Assembly (NCBI GenBank): GCA_040756235.1
Contig: JBFLZG010000126.1
Coordinates: forward strand, 96,001-160,000
Direction of reading: 5' to 3'
From: a bacterium
Lineage (GTDB): Bacteria > Desulfobacterota > DSWW01
Length of the DNA: 64,000 nucleotides
Positions within the stretch are counted from its first letter, which is position 1. Each line of letters begins with the position of its first letter. The notes under the pieces are model-generated. The model saw only the letters and a list, made by a program, of their open reading frames with translations. It was not told the DNA's origin and ran no database searches. Below, piece after piece: positions 1-9,105 of this stretch. The position numbers and the translations under genes are program-made.

Positions 1-515
1 TCATGGAGGATGACGCGGTCTCCCACGATGCAGCGTTCCCGGACCGAGACGTGCGCGTGGATGCGGCAGTCCTGGCCCACCCGGGCGCCTTCACCCACGC
101 ATGCGAAAGGGTACAGGACCGTACCCGCGCCGATTGCGGCATGCTGGCCCACGTAGGCGAACGGGAAGACGGTGACGCCCGCGCCGAGGGCGGCCGACGG
201 CTCCACCCACGCTGCCGGAGATATGCCGGGCTCCGGGCGCACCTCCGGATGGAAGATCGCCAGGGCCCGGGCAAAGGTCCCGTAAGGGTTGCTCGAGATC
301 AACACCGGGATCGGGGCATCCGCCAGGTCCGGGGGGACGATGGCGGCCGCCGCTCGAGTGGTACGGAGCTTGTTGCGATACCGGGCGTTGGCCACGAACG
401 TCAGCTCGCCGGCTCCGGCCTCTTCGATCCCCGCCATTCCGCACAGGACCGTGCCGGCATCCCCTTGAAACCGGAGGCCGAGCCGTTGCGCCAGCTGTTC
501 CAGTGTGAAAGGCAC
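1..515 (-). CDS. lpxD: UDP-3-O-(3-hydroxyacyl)glucosamine N-acyltransferase, 5' part (runs off window start)
   Basis: Not in the ORF track. Manual minus-strand translation from GTG at 515 (GGGAGGG upstream) gives MPFTLEQLAQRLG...ELTFVANARY...SNPYGTFARAL followed by hexapeptide repeats. It follows bamA-skp. Confidence 0.93.
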   Translation of the reverse strand, partial: MPFTLEQLAQRLGLRFQGDAGTVLCGMAGIEEAGAGELTFVANARYRNKLRTTRAAAAIVPPDLADAPIPVLISSNPYGTFARALAIFHPEVRPEPGISPAAWVEPSAALGAGVTVFPFAYVGQHAAIGAGTVLYPFACVGEGARVGQDCRIHAHVSVRERCIVGDRVILH

Positions 516-683
516 CCACACCCTCCCGCCCAAGGCTCGGCCCAAGACAGGTGAAAGGCTAAGAGTGAAAGCTCAAATGCTACGAGATCGTTCGGCGTTC
601 ACCTTCTTATGTTCCGGGGCATCTTGGCTTGTCAACCAGCCTGTGCCGAGCTGCCTGCGGAACTCTCCAAGAGCTCGCCTCCC

Positions 684-810
684 GGAGGCGGTTCAGAAAT
701 GCCCAGATGCAAGGCGCACGAGATCCTGAGGAATGAGGCGTACCGGACAGTACGCCGCAATGACGAAGGATGAGTGCAACGCCGCAGATGGGTATTTGTG
801 GACAGCCTCC
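684..810. repeat. ~127 bp palindromic MITE/REP-like intergenic element
   Basis: Imperfect terminal inverted repeats GAGGCGGTTCAGAAATGCCCA / TGGGTATTTGTGGACAGCCTC (17/21 match) and an internal hairpin GGCGTAC-cggaca-GTACGCC. Confidence 0.7.
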
Positions 811-1337
811 TAGGGCGTCTTCTTGTTATCGTCGTAAAGTTTAATGATCGGGTCCGTGATGTCGATCTTGTTGGATCCGTAGAGCACCGCGCTCTGCGTC
901 TTCTCCAGGATCAGGTCGAATCCTTCCTTCTTGCCGTAGTTCTCGATGATGCTCTGCAGGTCCTTCAGGATCTTCTCGCTGAGCTCTCGGTCCTCCCGCT
1001 GCAGCTCTTCCTGAGAGTCCTTGACCATGCGCTGATAGTCCCTGAGCTTGTACTGATACGACTTCTCCTTGTCTTGTCGTGCGACTTCGCTGAGCACCCC
1101 GCTCTGCCGTTCGAACTCCTCCTTCAGTGTGTTCAGCTCGTCCTGCTTGCTCTTGAGGTCGCCCTGGATCTTCTCCACCTTCTTCTGGAAAACGCCCTTG
1201 GCTTTTTTCCCTTCCGTGGAGATCTCCATGGCCTTTTGGAGGTCCACGACGCCCACCTTGAACTCGGCCCTGGCGAGCGCGGGGAGAAGAAGGAGCGAGA
1301 GACAGACGGCCCAGATCGAAGTCACGGTTCTTTTCAT
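810..1337 (-). CDS. skp: OmpH/Skp periplasmic chaperone
   Basis: Signal peptide ending ARA-EFKVGVVDLQK, coiled coil, GFDLILEK and DITDPII motifs. ATG 1337 has AGGAGG upstream; gene sits between bamA and lpxD. Confidence 0.93.
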   Translation of the reverse strand: MKRTVTSIWAVCLSLLLLPALARAEFKVGVVDLQKAMEISTEGKKAKGVFQKKVEKIQGDLKSKQDELNTLKEEFERQSGVLSEVARQDKEKSYQYKLRDYQRMVKDSQEELQREDRELSEKILKDLQSIIENYGKKEGFDLILEKTQSAVLYGSNKIDITDPIIKLYDDNKKTP

Positions 1338-1411
1338 TGCTGCACGCCTCCTGGTCTTTGCGAACCCCATGGTTCCTTTCCTGTTTGACCTGCCCTTCCT
1401 GGATCGATCCA

Positions 1412-3700
1412 TCAATAGGACGTACCGATCGAGAACTGCACGGCGCTCGAATCCTCCCCTTCCCTCTTGTCCAGAGGGAAGCCCAGCACGAACGTCAGGG
1501 GCCCGAGGGGCGAGAACCAGCGGATCCCGGCTCCCGCGCTCAGCCGCAAACCGGGGAACCGGATGCTCTCGTCTTCGCTGAATGCGTTCCCGGCGTCGAA
1601 GAACGCCAGCCCCCGCAGCTTCACCTGAGGGACGAGGGGAAAGATGTATTCGAAGTTCAGGATGAGCTCCTTGTCGCCGCCGATGACCGTGCCCTGGACC
1701 TCCGGACCCAGGGACCGCACGTCGAACCCGCGCACCGTGCTGATGCCTCCCACGAAGAAGCGTTCGAACACCGGGAGTCGGTCTCCGCCGATCCCGTACC
1801 CCACTCCCACCCGGCCGCGGAGGTGGAAGGTCGTGTCCAGGTAGAACGGAATGTACCAGCCGGTGTCCAGCCGGAGCTTGACGAAGTCGTTGTCCCCGCC
1901 GAGGGCGGTTCCGGCGAACTCGACGGAACCAATGTTCAGGGAGCCGCGCAGGGGATAGAGCGGGTTGTCCAGGGTGTCCCGGACCACGGAAAAAGTCACG
2001 GAACTGGTGGTGCTCTGGCCTTCCTCGGCCTTGAGCGTAACCGGAGCGTCGGAGCTCACGTCGGAGATGTCCACGTCCTCGTACTTGTACATGGCGCTGC
2101 CGCGCAGGTGCTCGAGGAATTCGTAGCCGATGCGGAAAGCGCCGCCGATTCCCTTGCGCGTGAAATCATCGTAGTCGTACTTCGTGTTGAACACGTCAAA
2201 ACCCAGAGACAGCGGGATGTCGAAGAGCCAGGGCTCGGTGAAGCTCAAGGCGACGTTCTGCCGCGTGCCGCCGACCTCGGCGTTGAGCGAAAGCACCTGC
2301 CCTCGTCCGAACAGGTTGCTCTGCGTGATGTTGGCCATGAAGATGAACTGATCCGTGGAGCTGAAGCCGGCACCGCCGCTCAACGTGCCGGTCTGCCCTT
2401 CCTTCACGTCGACCACGACGTCGAGCTGGTTCGGCTCGGCGCCGGGCTGGGTCGTGAGGTTGATCGACTCGAAGAAGCCGAGTCGGTTGATTTCTTCCTT
2501 GGACTTGCGCAGCTTGGTGCCGCTGTAGAGATCTCCTTCGGCCAGGGCCATCTCTCTGCGGATGACCTTGTCGCGCGTCTTGGTATTGCCGTTGACGCGC
2601 ACGTTGCCGATCGTGACCTTTTCCCCCTTCTTGACCTGATAGGTGATGTCCACCGACAGGGTGCTCTCGTCCGGGGTGTAGAGAGGGACGATGTCGGCGA
2701 ACGCGTAGCCCTGATCGGCGTAGTAGTCGGTCATCACCACGATGTCCTGCTGGAGCTGCTCGCGGCTGAAGATCTCGCCGGGCAGAAGCTTCTGGGCTTC
2801 CCGGAAGAGGGCCTCTTCCTCTGCGGTCGCGTTCTCCCACCGCACGTTCCGGATCCGGTACTGCTTCCCCTCGTCCAGAATGAAGAAGATGTACATGCCC
2901 TCTTCGGTGATCAAGGTCATGGGCGGCTTGGCGGAGAACTGAAGGTAGCCGTTATCCAGATAGAACAGGGTCAGACGCGTCACGTCGTCGCGCACGACGT
3001 CTTCTTTGTAGGTGCCGGCGCCCGTGATGAAAGACAAGAGGCTCTTCTTCTTCGATTCGATCGTCTTGCGCAGCTTCTTGTCGGGAAAGACCTGGTCTCC
3101 GAGAAAGACGATCCTGCGTATCTTGATCTCCTTGTTCTCCTGGATCTTGAAGGCCACCGTGACCTGGTTGTTGTCCTGGGGGCGGATGTCATATTCGATG
3201 GAAGCCCGGAAATACCCTTCGTTGGCGTAGAGCTTGCGGATCTTTTCCACGTTCTCCTTGAGCGCCGCGACGTCGAGGAAATGGTTGGGCTTGAGGGTCA
3301 CGACTTTCTCGAAGTCTTTCAGATCGAGCTTCTTGTTACCCTCGTAGACCACCTCGCGGATGATCGGCCTTTCCTCGACCCGGTAGATCACTTTCACGCC
3401 GCCCGCGACTTCCTCGGTCTCCACGTGGATCGTGCGGAAGTATCCGGTGTCCATGAGGGCGTGGATGTCCTGGCGCACGACCTTCGGGCTCAGGGGTTGT
3501 CCGACCTTGGTGTTGATGCGGAGCAGGACCACGTCGGGCTCGATCCTCTGGTTTCCGGCGACCCCGATCTCCCTGACGACGGGAGCCTCCTCGGGCAGCG
3601 GCGCGGCGATCAAAGCCCCCTGCAGGAGGAGCAACCAGGCCACGAGGCAAGCCAGACGGCGGAAGTGAATCAGAGGCCCCAGCGCACGGCTGTCACGCAC
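1412..3700 (-). CDS. bamA: Outer membrane protein assembly factor BamA
   Basis: POTRA repeats (GNQRIE, GNTKTRDKVIRRE), VRGF motif, C-terminal QFSIGTSY. GTG 3700 chosen as start before the signal peptide (start approximate). Confidence 0.95.
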   Translation of the reverse strand: MRDSRALGPLIHFRRLACLVAWLLLLQGALIAAPLPEEAPVVREIGVAGNQRIEPDVVLLRINTKVGQPLSPKVVRQDIHALMDTGYFRTIHVETEEVAGGVKVIYRVEERPIIREVVYEGNKKLDLKDFEKVVTLKPNHFLDVAALKENVEKIRKLYANEGYFRASIEYDIRPQDNNQVTVAFKIQENKEIKIRRIVFLGDQVFPDKKLRKTIESKKKSLLSFITGAGTYKEDVVRDDVTRLTLFYLDNGYLQFSAKPPMTLITEEGMYIFFILDEGKQYRIRNVRWENATAEEEALFREAQKLLPGEIFSREQLQQDIVVMTDYYADQGYAFADIVPLYTPDESTLSVDITYQVKKGEKVTIGNVRVNGNTKTRDKVIRREMALAEGDLYSGTKLRKSKEEINRLGFFESINLTTQPGAEPNQLDVVVDVKEGQTGTLSGGAGFSSTDQFIFMANITQSNLFGRGQVLSLNAEVGGTRQNVALSFTEPWLFDIPLSLGFDVFNTKYDYDDFTRKGIGGAFRIGYEFLEHLRGSAMYKYEDVDISDVSSDAPVTLKAEEGQSTTSSVTFSVVRDTLDNPLYPLRGSLNIGSVEFAGTALGGDNDFVKLRLDTGWYIPFYLDTTFHLRGRVGVGYGIGGDRLPVFERFFVGGISTVRGFDVRSLGPEVQGTVIGGDKELILNFEYIFPLVPQVKLRGLAFFDAGNAFSEDESIRFPGLRLSAGAGIRWFSPLGPLTFVLGFPLDKREGEDSSAVQFSIGTSY

Positions 3701-3726
3701 GTCGATTTTCAAAGCCGTTTCGTCCT

Positions 3727-4479
3727 TTATTCCTCGTTCGAGAGAAGCGAATCCGAGCCTGCCCCTTCCGCGACCCTGCCGTCCACCATGTGGACCTGCC
3801 GATCCAGCCGCCGGGCGAACCGGGGATTGTGGGTGACCACCACCACCGAGATCCCGTGGCTCTGCCGGAGACCGAGGAGGAGGTCCTCGACCGATGCCGC
3901 CGTCCCGGTGTCCAGGTTGCCCGTCGGTTCGTCCGCAAAGATGACCTGGGGTTCCATGACCAGGGCTCTGGCCACGGCCACGCGCTGTTGTTCCCCCCCC
4001 GACAGTCTGCCCGGACGGTGTCCCAGCCGGTTGGCCAGGCCGAGCTCGCCCAGCAGGAATCGGGCACGCTGTTCGGCCCGCGCCCGGGACCATCCGGCGA
4101 TCAGCCCCGGCAGCAGCACGTTCTCCAGGGCCGAAAACTCCGAAAGAAGATAATGGAATTGGAAAACAAATCCAACCTCCCGGCTGCGAAAGGAGGCGAG
4201 GCCCCGTTCGGTCTTCTCGAACAGATTCTCTCCGCGGTACAGGACGCGTCCGCTCGTCGGCCGGTCCAGGGCACCCAGGATGTGAAGGAGCGTTGTCTTG
4301 CCCACTCCCGAAGCACCGAGAATCGCCAGCGTCTCCCCCTTGCGAATGGTGAGGCGGATTCCTTTGAGCACATGGATTTCTTTCTCGCCCATGCGGAATC
4401 GCTTGTGCAGGTCATCGACTCGGAACAGCTCCTCTCCGGTCGAAATGAGCGTGGAGCCTTCTCTGGCCGGGCTACTCAT
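3727..4479 (-). CDS. lolD: Lipoprotein-releasing ABC transporter ATP-binding protein
   Basis: GASGVGKT, GFVFQFHYLL, LSGGEQQRVAVARAL and DEPTGNLD motifs; adjacent to lolC/E. Confidence 0.92.
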   Translation of the reverse strand: MSSPAREGSTLISTGEELFRVDDLHKRFRMGEKEIHVLKGIRLTIRKGETLAILGASGVGKTTLLHILGALDRPTSGRVLYRGENLFEKTERGLASFRSREVGFVFQFHYLLSEFSALENVLLPGLIAGWSRARAEQRARFLLGELGLANRLGHRPGRLSGGEQQRVAVARALVMEPQVIFADEPTGNLDTGTAASVEDLLLGLRQSHGISVVVVTHNPRFARRLDRQVHMVDGRVAEGAGSDSLLSNEE

Positions 4480-5719
4480 AGCGCAGAACCTCGGCAGGAT
4501 CGAGACGAGAGGCTTGGCGCGCCGGATACAGGGTCGCGGTCATACAGAGCACGACAGCGGCCAGACCGACGAGCGCCACTTCCGTCCAACGGACCTCGAC
4601 CGGCAAATAGGACAAATAGTAGATCTCCGGGTCCAGGCGGATGAGGGGGAATCTCCCGGCGATCCAGCACAGCCCGCAGCCGCCGGCGAGTCCCAGTCCC
4701 GTGCCGATGAGACCCATCACCAGCCCCTGGACCCAGAAGATCCTGCCGAGCGACCGGCGGCTGGCTCCCATGGCCTTCAGGATGGCGATCTCCCTCCGCT
4801 TCTCCATGACCGTCATGATCAGGGTGCTGATGATGTTGAATCCGGCCACCAGGATGATGAGGATCAGAACCAGGAACATGACCACCTTCTGCAACTTGAG
4901 AGCCGAGAAAAAGCTCGGATTGATCTCCTTCCAGGTCTTGGCCCAGAACGGGTACCCGAAGGCCTGCTGGACCTCCGCCTTGAGGCCATCGGTCTGTTCC
5001 AGGCGATGGGCCCGGATCTCGAATCCGGTCACTCCTGCGTTCATCCGGAACAGCTCCTGGGAGTCCCTGAGCGGGAGAAAGGCCAGAGAAGCGTCGTATT
5101 CGTACATGCCCACTTCGAAGATCCCGGCGACCTGGAACGGCTTGAGCGCGGCCGCCGAGGCGGCGGAACCCGCGTCGCCGGCGACCAGAACGAGGTCGAC
5201 CCGGTCGCCGCAAACCACCTCCAGCGTCTTCGCCAGGGTCCTTCCGAGCAGGATGGGAGCCGGCTCGCCGGCCCTCGCGGAGCCTTCAGGGGGCGGCAAA
5301 AGGCTCCTCAGACTACCGCAAGAGAAGAGCAGGTTCCAGCCCGCGATGTCGGAAAGGGATTCCGGCGGCACTCCCCGGACCACCGTGCCGGCGACGCCCT
5401 CGCCGGACCGAAGGAGCGCCTGCTGGTAGGTGAACGGCATCACGGCCGCCACGCTCGGCATCTCGAGGAGCCTGCTCTGGACCTCCTCCGGATCGGTGAT
5501 GATCCCGTCCAGGCGCAGCAACAACAGGTGCGCATTGATCCCGATGATCTTGTCGCGCAAAGCGCTTTCGAAACCGGAGGCGAACGACAGGGCGACCACC
5601 AGGGCCATGACGCCGACGAGCACTCCGGTCAGCGCGATCCACGCCAGCACGGAAAAGAATCCCTTCCTTTCCCTGGAGCCGAGATAGCGCAATCCCATCC
5701 GCCATTCGTACATCGCCAT
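4472..5719 (-). CDS. Lipoprotein-releasing ABC transporter permease (LolC/E family), copy 2
   Basis: MacB/FtsX topology; EKRREIAILKAMGA, TLYPARQASRLDPAEVLRYE. Confidence 0.9.
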   Translation of the reverse strand: MAMYEWRMGLRYLGSRERKGFFSVLAWIALTGVLVGVMALVVALSFASGFESALRDKIIGINAHLLLLRLDGIITDPEEVQSRLLEMPSVAAVMPFTYQQALLRSGEGVAGTVVRGVPPESLSDIAGWNLLFSCGSLRSLLPPPEGSARAGEPAPILLGRTLAKTLEVVCGDRVDLVLVAGDAGSAASAAALKPFQVAGIFEVGMYEYDASLAFLPLRDSQELFRMNAGVTGFEIRAHRLEQTDGLKAEVQQAFGYPFWAKTWKEINPSFFSALKLQKVVMFLVLILIILVAGFNIISTLIMTVMEKRREIAILKAMGASRRSLGRIFWVQGLVMGLIGTGLGLAGGCGLCWIAGRFPLIRLDPEIYYLSYLPVEVRWTEVALVGLAAVVLCMTATLYPARQASRLDPAEVLRYE

Positions 5720-5722
5720 GGG

Positions 5723-6976
5723 CTACTCGTAACGTAACGTCTCGGCGGGAGGCACCCGGGAGGCCTTCCGGGCCGGATACAGGGTCGCCAGCAGACTCAA
5801 CACCAGGCCGGCACAGGCTACCGAGACGACGTCCGCGGGATCCACCCGCACCGGAAGAGCCAGCTCGTAGAAGATGTCCTGGGGCAGCTTGACCAGGGGA
5901 TAGGATCCGAGAAACCTGCAGGCCCCGAGCCCCAGGACAACGCCCGCCACGGTGCCCGCGATCCCGATCGCCATGCCCTGCAGGACGAAGATCGCCTGGA
6001 TGCGCCTCGGCGTGGCGCCCAAGGCCTTCAGAATGGCGATCTCCCCTTTTCTCTCCATCACGGCCATGGCCAGGGAGCTGAGAATGCTGAGGACCCCGAC
6101 CATGATGATGAGCGCCAGGACGGCAAAGGCGGTGAGCTTCTCCAGGCGCAAGGCGGAAAGAAGCCGCCGGTTTTTCTCCATCCAGTCCTCCACCTGCACG
6201 CGCGGCCCGAGGATGGACCGGATGCGATCGCTGATGCGCCCGGCGCGGTACAGATCGTCCACACCTACGTCGATACCGGTGATCCCTTTGCCCAGGCCGA
6301 GAAAAGCCTGGGTCGTCTGCAGGGAAGCATAGGCGAAAGACGAGTCGTACTCGTATAGACCGCTCTCGAAGATGCCGGTGACGCAAAAGGTCTTCTGGGC
6401 CGGGAGCAATCCGAAAGGCGTCTCGATGCCCACGGGGGAGACGACCTTGAGGGTGTCTCCGTAGAACAGGCCGAGGTGCCCGGCCAGCTCGCGGCCGACC
6501 AGGAGCCCCGGTTTGTCCCGACAGTCTGCAGGTGCATCCTCGGGGCGGCTTCCGCCCTCGAGGCTCTCCAGGCTCCCTTGGTAAAGCTGAGACGGCAGCT
6601 TGCTGAAAATGGAAACGGTCTCAGGGTCGACCCCTTCGAGTGTGGCGCCCGCCGTGCGCGTAGAAGAGACCAGGAGGACCTGGGTCTTCACAAAGGGGCT
6701 CAACCCCCGGATCCCCTGGATCGCGGCCAGCCGTTCGCCGATCTCCCGCATGCGACCGAGGTCGAGGTCCTTGGCCTGGAGGGTGATCGGGGCCATGTTG
6801 CCGAGCAGCTTGGTCTTCAGGTCTTCCTCGAAGCCGTCCATCACGGCCAGCGTCACGACCATCGCCATCACCCCGACCATGATCCCGATGCCGGACAGCA
6901 GGGTGATCGCCGACACGAACCCGTAGCGGTGCCTGGACCGGAGATAACGCAGCGCCACGAACTGTTCGAGCCGCAT
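5723..6976 (-). CDS. Lipoprotein-releasing ABC transporter permease (LolC/E family), copy 1
   Basis: ALRYLRS, AVMDGFE, ERKGEIAILKALGA, TLYPARKASRVPPAETLRYE. Confidence 0.9.
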   Translation of the reverse strand: MRLEQFVALRYLRSRHRYGFVSAITLLSGIGIMVGVMAMVVTLAVMDGFEEDLKTKLLGNMAPITLQAKDLDLGRMREIGERLAAIQGIRGLSPFVKTQVLLVSSTRTAGATLEGVDPETVSIFSKLPSQLYQGSLESLEGGSRPEDAPADCRDKPGLLVGRELAGHLGLFYGDTLKVVSPVGIETPFGLLPAQKTFCVTGIFESGLYEYDSSFAYASLQTTQAFLGLGKGITGIDVGVDDLYRAGRISDRIRSILGPRVQVEDWMEKNRRLLSALRLEKLTAFAVLALIIMVGVLSILSSLAMAVMERKGEIAILKALGATPRRIQAIFVLQGMAIGIAGTVAGVVLGLGACRFLGSYPLVKLPQDIFYELALPVRVDPADVVSVACAGLVLSLLATLYPARKASRVPPAETLRYE

Positions 6977-7015
6977 GGCAAGAAGACCTCAAAAGGAATC
7001 CTTAAAAGGAATCCC

Positions 7016-7138
7016 TCAGGTATCGGGTATCAGGTGTTAGGTCTCAGGCCTCCGCCTGCCCAAACCGGCGTTGCTCTCATCTGCCCCGTCTTGGGTGAGC
7101 TCGGGAGGGAACGCTGAAACCTGGTACCTGGAACCTGA
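7016..7138. repeat. Inverted pair of heptamer tandem arrays
   Basis: Five units TCAGGTA/TCGGGTA/TCAGGTG/TTAGGTC/TCAGGCC at 7016-7050 and four complementary units ACGCTGA/AACCTGG/TACCTGG/AACCTGA at 7111-7138. Confidence 0.65.
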
Positions 7139-7185
7139 CCCCTCTCCTCGCGTGGAAACGGCCGCGGAGCGCCCGCCGGGCCCGC

Positions 7186-8688
7186 TCATTCCGGACCGGG
7201 GGCCGCTCTTTCCGGCCGCATCTGAGGAAAGAGGATCACGTCACGGATGGAGGCGCTGTCGGTCAGCAGCATGACCAGCCGATCGATCCCGATGCCCTCA
7301 CCGGCGGCCGGGGGCATGCCGAACTCGAGGGCCTCCAGGAAATCCTCGTCGAGCTGGTGGGCCGACTCGTCACCCAGGCGCCGCTTCTCCGTCTGTCGCT
7401 CGAATCGGCTCCTCTGCTCCAGGGGATCATTGAGCTCGGAGAACCCGTTGGCCAGCTCGCGGCCGGCCACGTAAAGCTCGAACCGGTCCACGAAGCCCGG
7501 CCGGTCGTCGCTGGAACGCGCCAGAGGGGAGACCTCCTCCGGGTAATCGGTGACAAACGTCGGCTGGATCAATCTGCTTTCCACCTTTTGCTCGAACAGC
7601 TCCACCGCCATCTCCGCTTCGGTCAGCCCTTCGGCCAACTCGATCCCCTGCTCCCGGGCGAAGCGCCGCAACGCCTCACGGTCCGTAAGGGCGGAGCCGG
7701 ACAGGCCGCACTGCTCGCGCAACGCCTGTTCCAGCGGGATCCGTCTCCAGGGAGGCGAGAAGTCGATTTCGGTCCCCTGGTACGGGATCTTCACGGACCC
7801 GCAGAGTGCGCCCAGAAGCTCCTGGAAGAGCTCCTCGGTCAGGGTCATGAAATCCCGGTAGGAGGCGTAGGTCTCGTAGAACTCGATCATGGTGAATTCC
7901 GGGTTGTGGGTCGTGGAAAGGCCCTCATTGCGGAACTGCTTGTTGAGCTCGTACACCTTTCCCAGGCCGCCGACCAGGAGCCTCTTCAGGTACAGCTCGG
8001 GAGCGATGCGCAGGAAGAGCGTCAGGTCGAGCGCGTTGTGGTGAGTCTCAAAGGGCCGGGCCGCCGCTCCGCCGGCCATGGGGTGCATCATGGGGGTTTC
8101 GACTTCCAGAAAGCCCCGGCCATCGAAGAAGGAGCGGATGCGGCGAATGATTTCCCCGCGCCGCCGGAAGCTCTCCTTCACCGCAGGGTTGACGATCAGG
8201 TCCAGGTAGCGCTTCCGGTAGCGGGTCTCCACGTCGCGCAGCCCGTGGAACTTCTCGGGCAGGGGCCGGAGCGCCTTGGTGAGCAGCTGGCATCGATCCA
8301 CGTTCAACGTCAGCTCACCCGTGCGCGTGCGGAAGAGGCGGCCCTGAGCTCCCAGGATGTCCCCGGCATCCAGGTAGCGCTTGAGCTGCCGGAAGGCGGT
8401 GTCGCCGAGTTTCTGGCGCTGGAAGTACAGTTGCAGGAGTCCGGTTTCGTCCTGGAGATGCAGGAACAAGCTCTTTCCGAAGTCGCGGACGGTCATCACC
8501 CGGCCGGCCAGGGAAAACGGCTCCTGCACCTGTTCGAGCTCCTCCGCCGAGGATCCGCCGAAGCGCTCGAGAAGGTCGCCGGCGAAGCTGTCTCGCCGGA
8601 AGTCATTGGGGAAAACGGGTGCGGCTTGCTGCCGCATCTCGTTCAGCTTCTTGAGTCGCACTTCTCTCAGGGACTGGTCGCCGCTCAT
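7186..8688 (-). CDS. lysS: Lysyl-tRNA synthetase, class II
   Basis: OB-fold region, GFLEVETPMM, LRIAPELYLKRL, FRNEG, HNPEFT and GIGIDRL motifs. Confidence 0.97.
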   Translation of the reverse strand: MSGDQSLREVRLKKLNEMRQQAAPVFPNDFRRDSFAGDLLERFGGSSAEELEQVQEPFSLAGRVMTVRDFGKSLFLHLQDETGLLQLYFQRQKLGDTAFRQLKRYLDAGDILGAQGRLFRTRTGELTLNVDRCQLLTKALRPLPEKFHGLRDVETRYRKRYLDLIVNPAVKESFRRRGEIIRRIRSFFDGRGFLEVETPMMHPMAGGAAARPFETHHNALDLTLFLRIAPELYLKRLLVGGLGKVYELNKQFRNEGLSTTHNPEFTMIEFYETYASYRDFMTLTEELFQELLGALCGSVKIPYQGTEIDFSPPWRRIPLEQALREQCGLSGSALTDREALRRFAREQGIELAEGLTEAEMAVELFEQKVESRLIQPTFVTDYPEEVSPLARSSDDRPGFVDRFELYVAGRELANGFSELNDPLEQRSRFERQTEKRRLGDESAHQLDEDFLEALEFGMPPAAGEGIGIDRLVMLLTDSASIRDVILFPQMRPERAAPGPE

Positions 8689-8918
8689 GTCTCTCCCGGG
8701 CCAGCCTGGCGCATTCCGGCGCCTGGAGGCCCTTCACAAACGCTGGCGCTGCACGGGTCTTCGCCAAGACCCTTCCAGTGAAAGATCTCAGTAGATAACT
8801 CAAACCCATGGCCCTGTCAAGGAAACCGAAGCCTGGAAATGGGTCGGGATGACCGGGCACGGCCGCGCGAGCGCGAATCTCCGCCTCCTTCAGATGGTCG
8901 TGGTGAACCCCTCCAGAA

Positions 8919-8942
8919 GGGCGACGCATGCGTCGCCCCTAC
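8919..8942 (-). repeat. GTAG-type REP palindrome
   Basis: Minus strand reads GTAG-GGGCGACGCATGCGTCGCCC, a perfect 20-bp palindrome preceded by GTAG. Confidence 0.75.
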
Positions 8943-8985
8943 AGGACGGGGGCGGCAAGCAGCGCTTCTACGAATCAGGGGAACG

Positions 8986-9020
8986 GGGACTGGACCCCGG
9001 CTTTCGCCGGGGTGACGGAG
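8986..9020. repeat. CGTC-type REP-like palindrome (copy A)
   Basis: GGGACTGGACCCCGGCTTTCGCCGGGGTGACGGAG; 34/35 identical to 19405-19439. Confidence 0.75.
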
Positions 9021-9105
9021 CTGAGGGCAGCGCGGCTGTCCTGCCGTCCGCTTCGCGGCCCCCGGAATCAGGGTTGCGAAGGCGTCCGCACATGGCAGCG
9101 TCCAG

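Noticed and set aside
3701..4093. N-terminal extensions in the ORF track (bamA, leuS, lptE, radical SAM from 45198, IPK from 53193, GT-C from 35702)
   Set aside because: They overlap upstream genes and are low-complexity Arg/Pro/Gly text; better starts with an RBS or stop/start overlap exist downstream.
1337..4153. 938-aa + strand ORF, and similar long antisense ORFs (23895-26384, 29979-32498, 32422-34527, 36170-38968, 43010-44893)
   Set aside because: They mirror well-supported genes on the opposite strand. Stop-poor antisense frames are expected at high GC, and they show no recognisable motifs.
8791..8820. lysS promoter (perfect TTGACA on the minus strand)
   Set aside because: No convincing -10 at 16-18 bp spacing (TATCTA), so it is not listed as a feature.
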